64,000 bases of DNA from Selaginella moellendorffii (Eukaryota; Plantae; Lycopodiophyta): contig NW_003314303.1 of the NCBI RefSeq assembly GCF_000143415.4, forward strand, positions 1,332,676 to 1,396,675, read 5' to 3'. This document shows, one piece after another, positions 1 to 12,600 of this stretch. Each line of letters starts with the position of its first letter. Position 1 is the stretch's first letter. The notes below the pieces were generated by a model. That model did not search any database and had not been told where the DNA came from. It saw only the letters and a program-made list of their open reading frames with translations. The position numbers and the translations under genes were made by a program.

Positions 1-222
1 GGGCTTGAGTTTGATAATAATGATATTTCTGAAGGAAAGCTATCAGGAACAACAATTCTTAAACATTATCAAGTAGATCTCTCAAGATCTAAATGGTTGA
101 ACTTTATAATCCTGTTAAGCATGATTTTGGTTTATTGAGCAATTTTTATTACTATCATCAAACTCACTCAGCTCATAGATGGGAAAACTAAAATTAATAC
201 CTCTAAGAAAACAAATGCTTAA
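1..222 (+). pseudogene. 3' end (last exon) of ABCG half-transporter copy 0, with premature stop
   Basis: Frame 1 reads [45 protein letters not shown], matching the last exon of copy 1. TGA at 136-138 replaces the CGA (Arg) of the other copies; the ancestral TAA is at 220-222. The 5' part lies outside the window. Confidence 0.8.
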
Positions 223-227
223 AATTA

Positions 228-1170
228 AAAGTATGGATTCGTGAGCTTGTCATTCATGTTTCACTTGTCGTATTTGTAAATGATCTTCTGGCATCTGGAT
301 GCATTAGTAATCATAATTTTATAAAAAGTTTATGTGTCACCCAAATTGTCTTCAACCTTCACCTAACTTTTGTGTGGAGCAAGTTCAAATGCAAACTGAG
401 AACTGGAACACAATATGCTTTTGTAAGAAATGCATTTGTAAGCACTTTGATTTCTTCATAATTATCTTTTGAGTTAGCCAAATGCCTTAGTCATGTGATT
501 AGTGACACCCCATGAATGGTATTCCCACTGCCCCTATCTCCTGTTCAGATCATTAAGAAATTTTTTCTTAAAAAGCTATACAGATGAAAATACCTTAAAC
601 ACTGTCAAAGTCCGAATTGATAAAATGAATACCACGCATGGTATTTCCAAAATATACAAGCCACTCTGCTTGAGAGATTAAGCAAAGATTATTAAACTGC
701 TAAAACACTGTCTGGTGAATTTGACATGATAAAAGTGCGCCTGGATCTAATCACATATCAAGCGGATGCTCTGCACAGAAAATCATCAAATAAATCAGAC
801 ATAATAATTACTTCTCTAAACCACTAAGAGATGACTGCGTTTGGGTGTCCAAGGTAATGCTAACTCTTCGTTTCCTCCCTCCAATCAATCCACGCGAGAA
901 CCACTGTCTCCAAGCCCCATCTCACTGTCAACCATCTCCTCTTTTGGTAGGCTGCCTCAAATAAGCAGAGTAAGTGATTGTCTCCAGAACAGTGAGCTTT
1001 CCCAGCAAAACATGCTCTTGATTTACATAAGCATCTGATAGAAAGCTTGAGAATCACTAAATCAAATGTTTATACACACCGCAGTTCCATGCCTCATGTT
1101 TGTCCGGAAATTCCCATTGGATCCTTCTCACCTCACAATCTACCTGTGATGAACGACAATGCAAGAATCT
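228..1170 (-). pseudogene. Inverted, deletion-riddled ABCG fragment (intron 1/exon 2 to exon 7), copy I1
   Basis: The reverse complement matches forward ABCG exons and introns, e.g. ccaagccccatctca, gagtaagtgattgtctcca, tggcatctggatgcatt and tgtgatgaacgacaatgcaagaatct. It retains introns and starts about 6 bp after the ABCG stop. Confidence 0.85.
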
Positions 1171-1330
1171 TAGTCTCAAACACGTGCTCAATCTTCAGAG
1201 AGTCTTGCGAAGTCACTGAAACACTCGTTCACTTTGGAGATGGGTTGCGTAAAGTATATATATCCCACCACACAAACTTTTGTTTGAGTTGATGCGAAAC
1301 GAATATACTAGTACATAGCGCTCAAGAACC

Positions 1331-3396
1331 CTAGAATCGGAAGGTAACGAGCTCGGGATCAATGCCGGCGGGCGCCGTGCTGCCCTGGCCTGGATCGTGT
1401 GCCAGCTGCTTCGCAATCGCCATAGCGGTACCCAGGTAATCTTTGTGCTGCTGGAGCAGTGGGAGTTTGGTCCATTCCTTGTGTAATGTGGCCTTGGCGG
1501 TGGTGTTGATGCTGTTTTTCTCCTCGTATTTCCAGTTCCCAGTCTGCCACTCGAATTCGTAGAGGGGGAGAAAGCGCTGGCCGTAGTCCGCCACGAATTC
1601 TATGGCGCACAGCAAGAAATGGAACTCTTCCTTGGAGAGGAAGTATGCGAAGTTCAAGCGCGTCCATCCAGGTTTGACACCGCTATATCCCTGTGAGAGA
1701 AAAAAAAGTTCTTTCCTCGTTAGAAAAACCTCCTTGGTGAAAACTTCTATTGTTTTGCTTCTCAACCTCTTGAATTGCTGCTCGAAATTTCAGGGAGAGC
1801 TCATCACTGACTTTGAGAAGCGAGTGGCCGTAAGGACCAGCACACGAGCACCCTCCTCTCGACTGGATCCCAAACAAATCGTTGAGGAGCTTGGCTACAA
1901 ACCGGCCTTGCAGCACGGTTTGCTGGATTCCACCGTTGGAATCAGTGGTCCGGACGAGGAACGAGACGATTGCTGCTCGTTTCACTTGCGTGTTCCCGAG
2001 CACCACTATCTTTCGGTTCTTGGACAACCGTTTCAACGCGGTGGTGATGAAGTTGTGCTCTCTCGACTCGATGAGACGGTATCCCATTTCTTCTTGGACA
2101 GTGAAGACAATCCCGGCTTTTATCCGCTGGAGTATGGAAGGTGTTCCAGCGTCTTCTCGGCTTTCAATGTCCTCCAGGTAGAGTGTGTCCTGGTATGAGT
2201 CTGTTTAGTGTTGGTTTTCTTTTTTCTTTCGCTGGAAAGGGAACTGACCTCTTTGTTGTAGTTGACGAAGTCTACCACTCCTCCACCTGTTGTCGACGGT
2301 GCGTGATCCTTGAGCTTGTAAAGCTTTTTGTTCATGCAAAGCAGGCCCGGTGTTCCTGGCCCTCCGACATACTTGTGTGGACTCAGCATCACAGCATCAT
2401 ATCCATCAGCCTTTTGCGATTGCATGTTGATCTTCACATATGGACCGCTGTTGATCAGATTCGGCAAGTAAGCTTCTTTTCGTCCTTGGTAAAAGATCTC
2501 GTCTTACCAGCTTGCGAAATCAAAACATGCTAATGCTCCATGTTTGTGTAGAAGGCGAGCGATGGCTCTAGTGTCCACTAAAACTCCCGTGACATTACTG
2601 CAAGCGGAGAAGGAACCCAGCTTTGGACGATCTGCGTGCTTGGGATTTTGTAGCTCCTCTTCGAGGTACTTCATGTCAATCAATCCATCCTCGGTCATTG
2701 GAACTTGAATAACCTGTGGTTTAAACAGCTGACAGATTGAAAGAAACGAAAAAGTCCAACCTCGGCAAGACTTTGGCTCCAGGGAAGAATGTTGGAATGA
2801 TGTTCGTATGGGCCTATGAACACCAGCCATCTCTTCCTGTCATCGATCGCTGCCACGGCTGACTCTCTTATTTGGGGCGGCACAGACAAGCCCAAAAGTT
2901 CGTGGAGCTTTTTCACAGCTGCAGTGGTTCCAGAGCCGCAGAAAAAGAGAGCATCATCCTCAGTTCCTCCCAGGGACTCCTTGACATAACTCGTGGCCAG
3001 TTTCACCATCCGGGTGGTCTTCTCTCCAACGTAGCTGTCCTCGGCATGCGTGTTCCCTGAAACAGAATGCAGCGGGTCCAGATGTGCAGAAGAGAATTCA
3101 CGGCTTCACTCACCGTAGGACGGCATGACGTGCTTGATGAGGAAGTTTTCAATATAGAACAAGCAGCGGCCAGAGGCAGTGTAATCGGCATAAGTGAGAA
3201 GCCTGCTGCCGAATGGTGTGGAGATTTGGAGCTGGGAGCCAATGATCTGGGATCTGAGCCAAACACACTTTTGCTCATCGTCAGAGGGGCTGAAGAACTT
3301 GAAAGGATTGGGCTTGAAGTTTGGCTGCCAATCCTCCTCGATGCTGGGAGTTATGTTGCTGATCTTGGAAGCCAACTTTGAAGCAAAGCACTTCAT
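1331..3396 (-). CDS. PLP-dependent class-V aminotransferase / cysteine-desulfurase-like protein, copy A (588 aa, 6 exons)
   Basis: Exons 3396-3114, 3056-2761, 2713-2508, 2447-2249, 2189-1767 and 1690-1331 are all GT-AG and total 1767 nt in frame. Motifs: YADYTASG, YGNTH, EHHSN, CSNVTG, DFA, SPHK (PLP lysine), AGTP and RGGCSCAGPYG (SufS-like RxGxxCA). Confidence 0.9.
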
Positions 3397-3592
3397 TGTC
3401 TTATTGGTGAGCACTCTCCTGATATGTTCACTACTTATAATTTGTAGTGAATTTTGTGGTAGCAAGATCTCACTACCCGTAGTATTTGTATAGTTTGGTT
3501 GTCAAGCTTGACAAATTCTAAGGGATTTGTCACCTGAGTGGGCTTGATTATGAAGTCTTAGTCTTTTGTTGATCTTGTAGATATTTGAAGGT

Positions 3593-5960
3593 ACTATTCA
3601 AAATTAAGGATGTTATATCCTAAGATTTTTAACTAATTGGAAAAAAAGTGCATTTTTATTCATAAGCACTTCCTTTTTATATTTGAACATTGTCTCTCAA
3701 GTCGTTTTCTTTAGTTATTTACAACTACCATGCTTCCTTATAGGCTTTCTCGTGAACGGAAGTTGAGAGTCATAGCTCTTTCAAGAGCCCCACTCTCTTG
3801 ACACCTCGGGTCAAACTCACGTTGGGGTAAACTAGACCTGAATCTCAACATATAGTGTGATAAGTCTAAATATCAATCTCAATATTGATTGAAAAAGAAA
3901 GGTGCACTCTTATTCATGGGCTTTTCTTTGTATATTTGAACCTTTATAGATTGTTTTTTAAGTCATTCTTTTTGGTTGTTTATAATCCACCATGCTTCCT
4001 TGTAAACTTCCTTATAAACAAAAGTCAAGAGTTGTAGCTCTCCCAAGAGGCTTGCCCTCTTGACACCCTACTCCTCAAGTCGAGTCCATTCGAAGGTAAA
4101 CTGGACTAAACTTCCTTGTAAGCTTCCTCATGAATGGAAGTCAAGAGTTGTAACTTTCCTAAGAGGTTTGTTTTCTTGATACCCTACCCCACGATGGCAG
4201 GAGGTCGGTGTTGCTGGACCTGTTATTAGTCTCTGCCTAAGCTAGTTGAGAAACTGGTCATTACATGTGCACTTAGACCGGAAGGGCACTAAGGAAGGAA
4301 ATCCTAAGTTGTCATTTAGTCAAACAGACTTGACACGGTGATGAGAAACTCATGATGTTGGCTGGCACTTGCTAGAGTTAGGAACCCCCACGATATTAAG
4401 CTTGGTCCCTTAATATCGCTAAATGATAGTTTACCGTGTCTACCAAACACCCTTGCTATCATGCCCTTAGCGTTAGTTTCATTTAGGTCCAAAATGCTAT
4501 TTATGGAAAGTATCCAGATTTGCTCATTTGGCATATCTACAGAATGTAGAAATCGTCCTGAACACAATGGTGTTCGTCCCATGTCCAAATTCACAATTTA
4601 GAGACATTCCATATTTAATAAGTTTCAAGCTTGTCCCAGAGACTAACTCATGATACTAAGGGAGGCTTGGGGTGAAACCTCAAAGCATGTGTTCCTCAAG
4701 CGGGGGGGGGGGGGGGGGGGGGGGGCTTTAAAGGGTTCCCAATTTTTAGTAGGGATAGTGGGTAGGTCGGGCATGGCCGACCAACCTAAAGCATAGTCTA
4801 GCTCCCGCTTGCGTGCCTGTCCTTGTTCTACGTCCGGCTTGGGTCTAAGCCCAAGTTCCATTCTATGCTAGTTGGTGGAGTATCCATATCTTCACGTTAG
4901 ACCACCGGTATGCCGAAATAGCGCCAGGCTCCGTTTGGCTCCATTTGCTCCTTGGGCTTTATGCTCGGGAGTTGCTCCGTGGTACGGTTTCGTCACTCCA
5001 TGGCATCATGCTTGGGAGTTTGGCACCGTTCCTTCGTTCAGTGGCCCAAGGCACTGAACCTTGGGTTCCTATGGACACGTGGCATGTGACACGTGGCATC
5101 TGTCACGTGGCACAAAAAGGGTTTAGGTTCTGCTTCGTGGTGTTATTCTATGGTAAATCACCATAGGATAAAGGGTCAAAACCACGTGCGCTACAACTAT
5201 TCAAAATTAAGGATGTTATATCCTAAGACTTTTAACTAATTAGAAAAAAAGTGCATTTTTATTCATAGGCACTTCCTTTTTATATTTGAACATTATCTCT
5301 CAAGTCATTTTCTTTAGTTATTTACAACTACCATGCTTCCTTATAAGCTTTCTCGTGAACGGAAGTTGAGAGTCATAGCTCTTTCGAGAGCCCCACTCTC
5401 TTGACACCTCGAGTCAAACTCACGTTGGGTTAAACTAGACTTGAATCTCAACATGTAGTGTGATAAGTCTAAATATCAATCTCAATATTGATTGAAAAAG
5501 AAAGGTGCACTCTTATTCATGGGCTTTTCTTTGTATATTTGAACCCTTATAGATTGTTTTTTAAGTAATTCTTTTTGGTTGTTTATAATCCACCATACTT
5601 CCTTGTAAACTTCCTCATAAACGAAAGTCAAGAGTTGTAGCTCTCCCAAGAGGCTTGCCCTCTTAACACCCTACTCCTCAAGTCAAGTCCATTTAAAGGT
5701 AAACTGGACCAAACTTCCTTATAAGCTTCCTCATGAATGGAAGTCAAGAGTTGTAACTTTCCTAAGAAGTTTGTTTTCTTGATACCCTACCCCTTGGGTC
5801 GAACCTACTTGGAGGCAAACTAGACCTACCAAATGTCAATTTTAACATATGGTGTGACATGTGCAATTGAGGCTTACCAAATGTTAATCTCAATATATGG
5901 TATGATTCCCCTAGTTAACCAACAAAAATCTTAATATGTGGCATAATTTCCCTAGTTAAC
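3593..5960 (-). mobile_element. Degenerate tandem array of Cassandra-type TRIM units, including a ~598-bp direct repeat (3593-4190 / 5196-5793)
   Basis: The reverse complement matches the LTR and internal sequence of the TRIMs at 12985 and 57301 (gtgcactcttattcatggg, ccatgcttccttgtaa, ctcttgacaccctacccc). Confidence 0.7.
4191..5195 (+). mobile_element. Truncated long-LTR fragment with a poly-G run
   Basis: It ends in ...CTACA. The poly-G run followed by ctttaaagggttcccaatttttagtagggatagtggg resembles the poly-G/tagtagggagagtgtggg segment of the LTR at 16406-17838, in the opposite orientation. Confidence 0.5.
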
Positions 5961-5984
5961 CAACAAAGTTAAACTTGAAATCCC

Positions 5985-6300
5985 TCTATGAGAACCTTTT
6001 CATTCGGGAGCATTGACTCGTACTTGACCGGGATGAGCAATCTGTGCAGGCTATTCACGTCGCTGGCGGTCAGCTTCTTGCCAAATAATAAAGCCCAACG
6101 AGATGGATCGCAGGTGACGAGAGGATCCTTGCGTTTCTGGGGTCTCCACTTGTGACACTTCGATTTCTTGGTGTCTCCACTTGTGACACTTCGATTTCTT
6201 GGTGTCTCCCACCGCTTGAATCGTGCCATCTTCACCAGAGGAGGAGGAATCTTTCACCTCATCAGTCCTTGAACTGAAATCTCGATTGCACATCGTCTTC
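5985..6300 (-). pseudogene. B3 DNA-binding-domain gene fragment with a 30-bp tandem repeat
   Basis: ORF 5969-6235 contains LFGKKLTASDVNSLHRLLIP, resembling the B3 N-terminal motif LF.K.LT.SDV..L.RL.IP. It is truncated by the TRIM array. The unit gtctccacttgtgacacttcgatttcttgg is repeated at ~6142-6210. Confidence 0.55.
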
Positions 6301-6751
6301 ACAAGTGCCTAGTGGATTATGTCCTATTTTTCCAATTCAATTTAGGAGAAATATAGTCAAGGAAACAACATGTTTTGTCAAGCTTGACAAATTCTAAGGG
6401 ACCCACTAGAGATGGGGCTTGATTATGAAGCCCTTGTCTTTTGTTGACCCTTAGAGATATTTGAGATGTGATATGGAAGAACTTCATGGGGAGTTGCCAT
6501 TGGGAAAGACAAGGGAGTGGTCCTTGGAATGCCAAATTTCCTGAGAAGATGACACTTGAGAGTTTCGAGAATTTCGAGACTTTTGGACAGACTTTGAATG
6601 GGAACAACACAAGAAAGAAACTAAACAATACTTTACACTATTAATCTCCTATGAATCTAAGATCTTACTGTGTTACAGTAGCTGAAAGTCCAAGTCCAAC
6701 TTGGAGAGCTATAAATCTTACCCAAAGTTTTCATGAGAAAGGAGAACAGAT

Positions 6752-9181
6752 ATGGATGTCACATGGAAGGATTTGAGTGTGAGTGTGAGCAATGGGCGGG
6801 TGTTGCTGGAGAGTATGTGCGGCTATGCCCAGAGTGGCCAAATCACGGCGATCATGGGTCCTTCAGGATCCGGAAAGTCCACCTTGCTCGATGCGCTTGC
6901 TGGTATAGTTTTCCAAGATTGATTTGGGTTTGGGCAATAGATTAAAGCTCCAGATTCTTGCATTGTCATTCATCACAGGGAGATTGGCCAAGAACGCAAG
7001 GCGAGAAGGATCCATTTTTGTGAATGGGAATCTCCAGACGAACATGAGGCATGGGACTGCGGTGTGTATAAACATTTGATTCTGTGATTCTCAAACTTTC
7101 TGTCATAGCCCTATGTGAAACAAGAAGATGTTTTGCTAGGAACACTCACTGTCTTGGAGACAATCACTTACTCTGCTCAATTGAGGCTGCCTCACTCACT
7201 GCCCCAAAGCCAAAAGATGGAGATGGTTGAGAGTGTGATCACTGAGATGGGGCTTGGAGATTGCAAGTATACAGTGGTGGGAGGTTGGTTCTCGCGTGGA
7301 TTGAGCGGAGGGGAGAAACGAAGAGTGAGCATTGCTCTGGAGATTCTAACTCAGCCATCTCTTTTGTTCATGGACGAACCAACCAGTGGTTTAGACAGGT
7401 GAATATTTATGTGAATCTTAAGTCCGGTTTATCGTAATTTTTATTTGATGTTTTTCTTTGCAGTGCATCCGCGTTTTATGTGATTAAAACAATTAAGAAC
7501 CTAGCTACTTCAAAACGCACCGTTATTATGTCAATTCACCAGCCAAGTAGCGAAGTGTTTGAGCAGTTTGATAATCTTTGCCTACTATCTCAGGGAGCAC
7601 TTATATATTTTGGAGATGCCATGGAAGCTAGCACGGTACTTTTCTCAAATTTAATATTATTTATGTTTTATATTTTATTTTAGTTCTTCGAGTGTGCTGG
7701 ATTTCCTTGTCCTCTCCGAAGAAATCCATCAGACCACTATCTTAGAGTTATTAATTCCGATTTTGACAATGTTCAAAACAAATTTAAGGTATTCATTTGT
7801 ACTGTTTTCTAGAGATTTTTTTTCTTAATATTCATCTTAATCTGAACAGGAAGATATTGAAACTGAGGAAATAATTCCATCTTCTGAAGCAATCAAAGCA
7901 CTTACAAATGCATTTCAAAATTTGCATTTAAGCTCCCTCCACACAAAAGTTGACATTCTTTGTGTGACTAAGGTGAACCTTCTAAACAGTTTGTGTGACA
8001 CACCTGGTGCAAAGGTAAATGACTTGATTTTTAAAAATCTTATGATTACTAATGGATTATTATTTATAGAATGAATGCATCCAGATGCCTCAAGCAGGAG
8101 TTCTCCATCAGCTTTCCACGTTAACTAGAAGATCATTTCTAAATATGACAAGAGATATTGGATACTATTGGCTGAGAATCTTTGTGTACTTTATGCTTAG
8201 CATCGTTATTGGCAGTATATATTTTAATGTCGGCACTAAATACAACTCCATTGCAGTAAGAGAATACCAAAAAAAATTCCTAACCATGGTTAAGCTTGTT
8301 TGGTTTTCTTTAGGCAAGGATTGGCTGTATGGCTTTTATTGGTAAATTTCTTACATTCATGTCAATTGGAGGTTTTCCATCTTTCATTGAAGAGATTAAG
8401 GTATGGGATAGTTCTAGAATTGTTTTGTTTTCATATCCAATGCTATTTTCTTCAGGTTTTTAATCATGAGAAACAGAATGGTTACTACGGTCCCATTATG
8501 TTTACTCTCGCAAACACACTCTCTTCTATTCCTTATCTCCTTCTTATTTCGTTGATATCAACAAGCGTGTTTTATAATATGGTTAAACTTCACCCAGGCT
8601 TTGATCACTTCATATTTTTTGTGTTGAACTTATTTGCATCTGTGACTGTGGTGGAGAGCTTGATGATGTGTGTAGCCTCAATTGTTCCCAATTTTCTCAT
8701 GGGAATAATTACAGGATCTGGAATCTTGGTAAAATCTCTTTATATTTCTTAAACCGTTTCTAATACGATTTTTCAGGGGTTATTCATGCTTGTTGACGGA
8801 TTTTTTAAACTTGCTAATGAACTGCCAAAAGGCTTTTGGAAATATCCAATGCATTATATAGCATTTCAAACATATTTACTTCAGGTAAACAAATATTATT
8901 TATTTTCTTGAAACTAAAAAAATTGATAACAGGGTCTTTATGAAAATGATTTTCAAGGGCTTGAGTTTGATAATAATGATATTTCTGAAGGAAAGCTATC
9001 AGGAACAACAATTCTTAAACAGTATCAAGTAGATCTCTCAAGATCTAAATGGTTGAACTTTATAATCCTGTTAAGCATGATTTTGGTTTATCGAGCAATT
9101 TTTATTACTATCATCAAACTCACTCAGCTCATAGATGGGAAAACTCTGATGTTTAGGACCTCTAAAAAAATAAATGCTTAA
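6752..9181 (+). CDS. ABCG (WBC) half-transporter, ABCG11-like, copy 1 (11 exons, apparently intact)
   Basis: MDVTWKDL start; Walker [10 protein letters not shown]; YVKQED; signature LSGGEKRR; Walker [13 protein letters not shown]; SIHQP; NPSDHYL; TM region [13 protein letters not shown] and GLYEND. The splice sites checked were GT-AG and in phase. Confidence 0.88.
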
Positions 9182-9186
9182 AATTA

Positions 9187-9592
9187 AAAGTATGGCTTTG
9201 TGAGCTTGTCATTCACGTTTCACTTGTCATATTTATAAATGATCTTCTGGAGCTGCATTAGAATCATAATTTTATAAAAAGTTTATGTGTCACCAAAATT
9301 GTCTTCAACCTTCACCTAACTTTTGGGTGGGGCGAGTTCAAATGCAAATTGAGAACTGGAACACAATATGCTTTTGTAAGAAATGCCTTTGTAAGCAATT
9401 TGATTGATCTTTTGAGTCAGCCAAATGCCTTAGTCATGTAATTAGTGACACCCATGAATGGGATTCCCACTGCCCCTATCAATATCTTCATGTTCAGATC
9501 ATTAAGAAAATTTACCTCGTGTTTGTCTGGAGATTCCCATTGGATCCTTCTCACCTCACAATCTACCTGTGATGAACGACAATGCAAGAATC
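9187..9592 (-). pseudogene. Inverted ABCG fragment I2, internally deleted
   Basis: Same sequence as 228-1170 but lacking roughly the 570-1095 equivalent. Confidence 0.75.
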
Positions 9593-9740
9593 TTGGTCTC
9601 AAACACGTGATCAATCTTTAGAGAGTCTTGCGAAGTCACTGAAAGACTCGTTGACTTTGGAGATGGGTTGCGTAAAGTACACACAAACTTTTGTTTGAAT
9701 TGATGCAAAACGAATATACTAGTACATAGCGCCAAGAACC

Positions 9741-11805
9741 CTAGAATCGGAAGGTAACGAGCTCGGGATCAATGCCGGCGGGCGCCGTGCTGCCCTGGCC
9801 TGGATCGTGAGCCAGTTGCTTGACAATCGCCATAGCGGTACCCAGGTAATCTTTGTGCTGCTGGAGCAGCGGGAGTTTGGTCCATTCCTTGTGTAATGTT
9901 GCCTTGGCGGTGGTGTTGATGCTGTTCTTCTCCTCGTATTTCCAGTTCCCAGTCTGCCACTCGAATTCGTAGAGGGGGAGAAAGCGCTGGCCATAGTCCG
10001 CCACGAACTCTATGGCGCACAGCAAGAAATGGAACTCTTCCATGGAGAGGAAGTATGCGAAGTTCAAGCGCGTCCATCCAGGTTTGACACCGCTATATCC
10101 CTGTGGGAGAAAAAAAAGTTCTTTCCTCGTTAGAAAAACCTCCTTGGTGAAAACTTCTATTGTTTTGCTTCTCAACCTCTTGAATTGCTGCTCGAAATTT
10201 CAGGGAGAGCTCATCACTGACTTTGAGAAGCGAGTGGCCGTAAGGACCAGCACACGAGCACCCTCCTCTCGACTGGATCCCAAACAAATCGTTGAGGAGC
10301 TTGGCTACAAACCGGCCTTGCAGCACGGTTTGCTGGATTCCACCGTTGGAATCAGTGGTCCGGACGAGGAACGAGACGATTGCTGCTCGTTTCACTTGCG
10401 TGTTCCCGAGCACCACTATCTTTCGGTTCTTGGACAACCGTTTCAACGCGGTGGTGATGAAGTTGTGCTCTCTCGACTCGATGAGACGGTATCCCATTTC
10501 TTCTTGGACAGTGAAGACAATCCCGGCTTTTATACGCTGGAGTATGGAAGGTGTTCCAGCGTCTTCTCGGCTTTCAATGTCCTCCAGGTAGAGTGTGTCC
10601 TGAGTTTGTTTAGTGTTGGTTTTCTTTTTTCTTTCGCTGGAAAGGGAACTGACCTCTTTGTTGTAGTTGACGAAGTCTACCACTCCTCCGCCTGTTGTCG
10701 ACGGTGCGTGATCCTTGAGCTTGTAGAGCTTTTTGTTCATGCAAAGCAGGCCCGGCGTTCCTGGCCCTCCGACATACTTGTGTGGACTCAGCATCACAGC
10801 ATCGTATCCATCAGCTTTTCGCGATCGCATGTTGATCTTCACGTATGGACCGCTGTTGATCAGATTCGGCAAGTAAGCTTCTTTTCGTCCTTGTTAAAAG
10901 ATCTCGTCTTACTTACCAGCTTGCAAAATCAAAACATGCTAATGCTCCATGTTTGTGTAGAAGGCGAGCGATGGCTCTAGTGTCCGCTAAAACTCCCGTG
11001 ACATTACTGCAAGCGGAGAAGGAGCCCAGCTTTGGACGATCTGCGTGCTTGGGATTTTGTAGCTCCTCTTCGAGGTACTTCATGTCAATCAATCCATCCT
11101 CGGTCATTGGAACTTGAACAACCTATGGTTTAAACAGTTGACAGATTGAAAGAAACGAAACAGTCCAACCTCAGCAAGACTTTGCCTCCAGGGAAGAATG
11201 TTGGAATGATGCTCGTATGGGCCTATGAACACCAGCCATCTCTTTCTGTCAGTGATCGCTGCCACGGCTGACTCTCTCATTTGGGGCGGCACAGACAAGC
11301 CCAAAAGTTCGTGGAGCTTTTTCACAGCTGCAGTGGTTCCAGAGCCGCAGAAGAAGAGAGCATCATCCTCGGTTCCTCCCAGGGACTCCTTGACATAACT
11401 CGTGGCCAGTTTCACCATACGGGTGGTCTTCTCTCCGACGTAGCTGTCCTCGGCATGCGTGTTCCCTGAAACAGAATGCAGCGGGTCCAGATATGCAGAA
11501 GAGAATTCACGGCTTCACTCACCGTAGGACGGCATGACGTGCTTGATGAGGAAGTTTTCTATATAGAACAAGCAGCGGCCAGAGGCAGTGTAATCGGCAT
11601 AAGTGAGAAGCCTGCTGCCGAATGGTGTGGAGATTTGGAGCTGGGAGCCGATGATCTGGGATCTGAGCCAGACACACTTTTGCTCATCGTCAAAGGGGCT
11701 GAAGAACTTGAAAGGATTGGGCTTGAAGTCTGGCTGCCAATCCTCCTTGATGCTGGGAGTTATGTTACTAGCCTTGAAAGCTGACTTTGAAGCAAAGCAC
11801 CTCAT
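9741..11805 (-). CDS. PLP-dependent cysteine-desulfurase-like protein, copy B (apparently intact)
   Basis: Near-identical to copy A with the same exon structure. ATG (MRCFASK) at 11805; SPHK and RGGCSCAG are intact. Confidence 0.88.
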
Positions 11806-12169
11806 TGTCTTATTGGTGAGCACTCTCTTACTTTGCTTATGATACGTTTGCTACCTATAACTTTTAATGAATTTTGTGGTAGTAGGATCTTATTACTCGT
11901 AATATTTGTAATTCATTTTTACTACTAATTACTGTAAGTTATTATATTTGTAATACAAAACTGCTTTAGATAGTTTCACTGCCTATAAGTATGGTATGAA
12001 ATGCTTTAGTAACTCCTAATATGGTAAGGAAATAACATGTTTTGTCAAGCTTGACAAATTCTAAGAGACTTATCACCTAAGTGGGTTCTTTGTCTTTTGT
12101 TGACCATTGCAAATCCCACTTGATTACTTTCAAATATCTATAAGGTCAACAAAAGACTAGGAATTCATA

Positions 12170-12600
12170 CTATTCAAATCTAAGAATGTTATATTAAATA
12201 TTTTTAATCAATTGGAAAAGGGATGCATTTTTATTCATAAATTCTTTTTTTTTATATTTTATCCTCTATAAATTGTCTTTCAAATCATTCTTTTTAGTTA
12301 TTTATAATCCATCATGCTTCCTTATAAGCTTCCTTGTAAATAGAAGTTGAAAATTGTAACTCTCTCAAGAACCCCACTCTCTTAACACCCTACCTCTTGG
12401 GTCGAGCTCATCCAAAAGCAAATTAAATTTGCCAAATGTCAATTTTAATATATAGTGTGATAAATCAAGTTTGTAAACAAAAGTTAAAAGTCATAACCCT
12501 TCCAAGAGCCTCACTTTCTTTACACTCTACCCCTCAAATCGAGCCTACTTAGAGGCAAATTAAACTTGCCAAATGTCAATTTCAATATATGGTATGACAT
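12170..12600 (-). mobile_element. Degenerate Cassandra-type TRIM units
   Basis: Same motifs as 3593-5960. Confidence 0.6.

Noticed and set aside
1331-3396. Naming the gene NFS1/NFS2/ABA3, or calling it bacterial contamination
   Set aside because: The motifs support only the broader class-V family, and five spliceosomal introns show it is a nuclear plant gene.
10012-10980. Long plus-strand ORFs (also 1602-2198 and 23515-24306)
   Set aside because: Antisense shadows of the spliced PLP genes with no recognisable domain.
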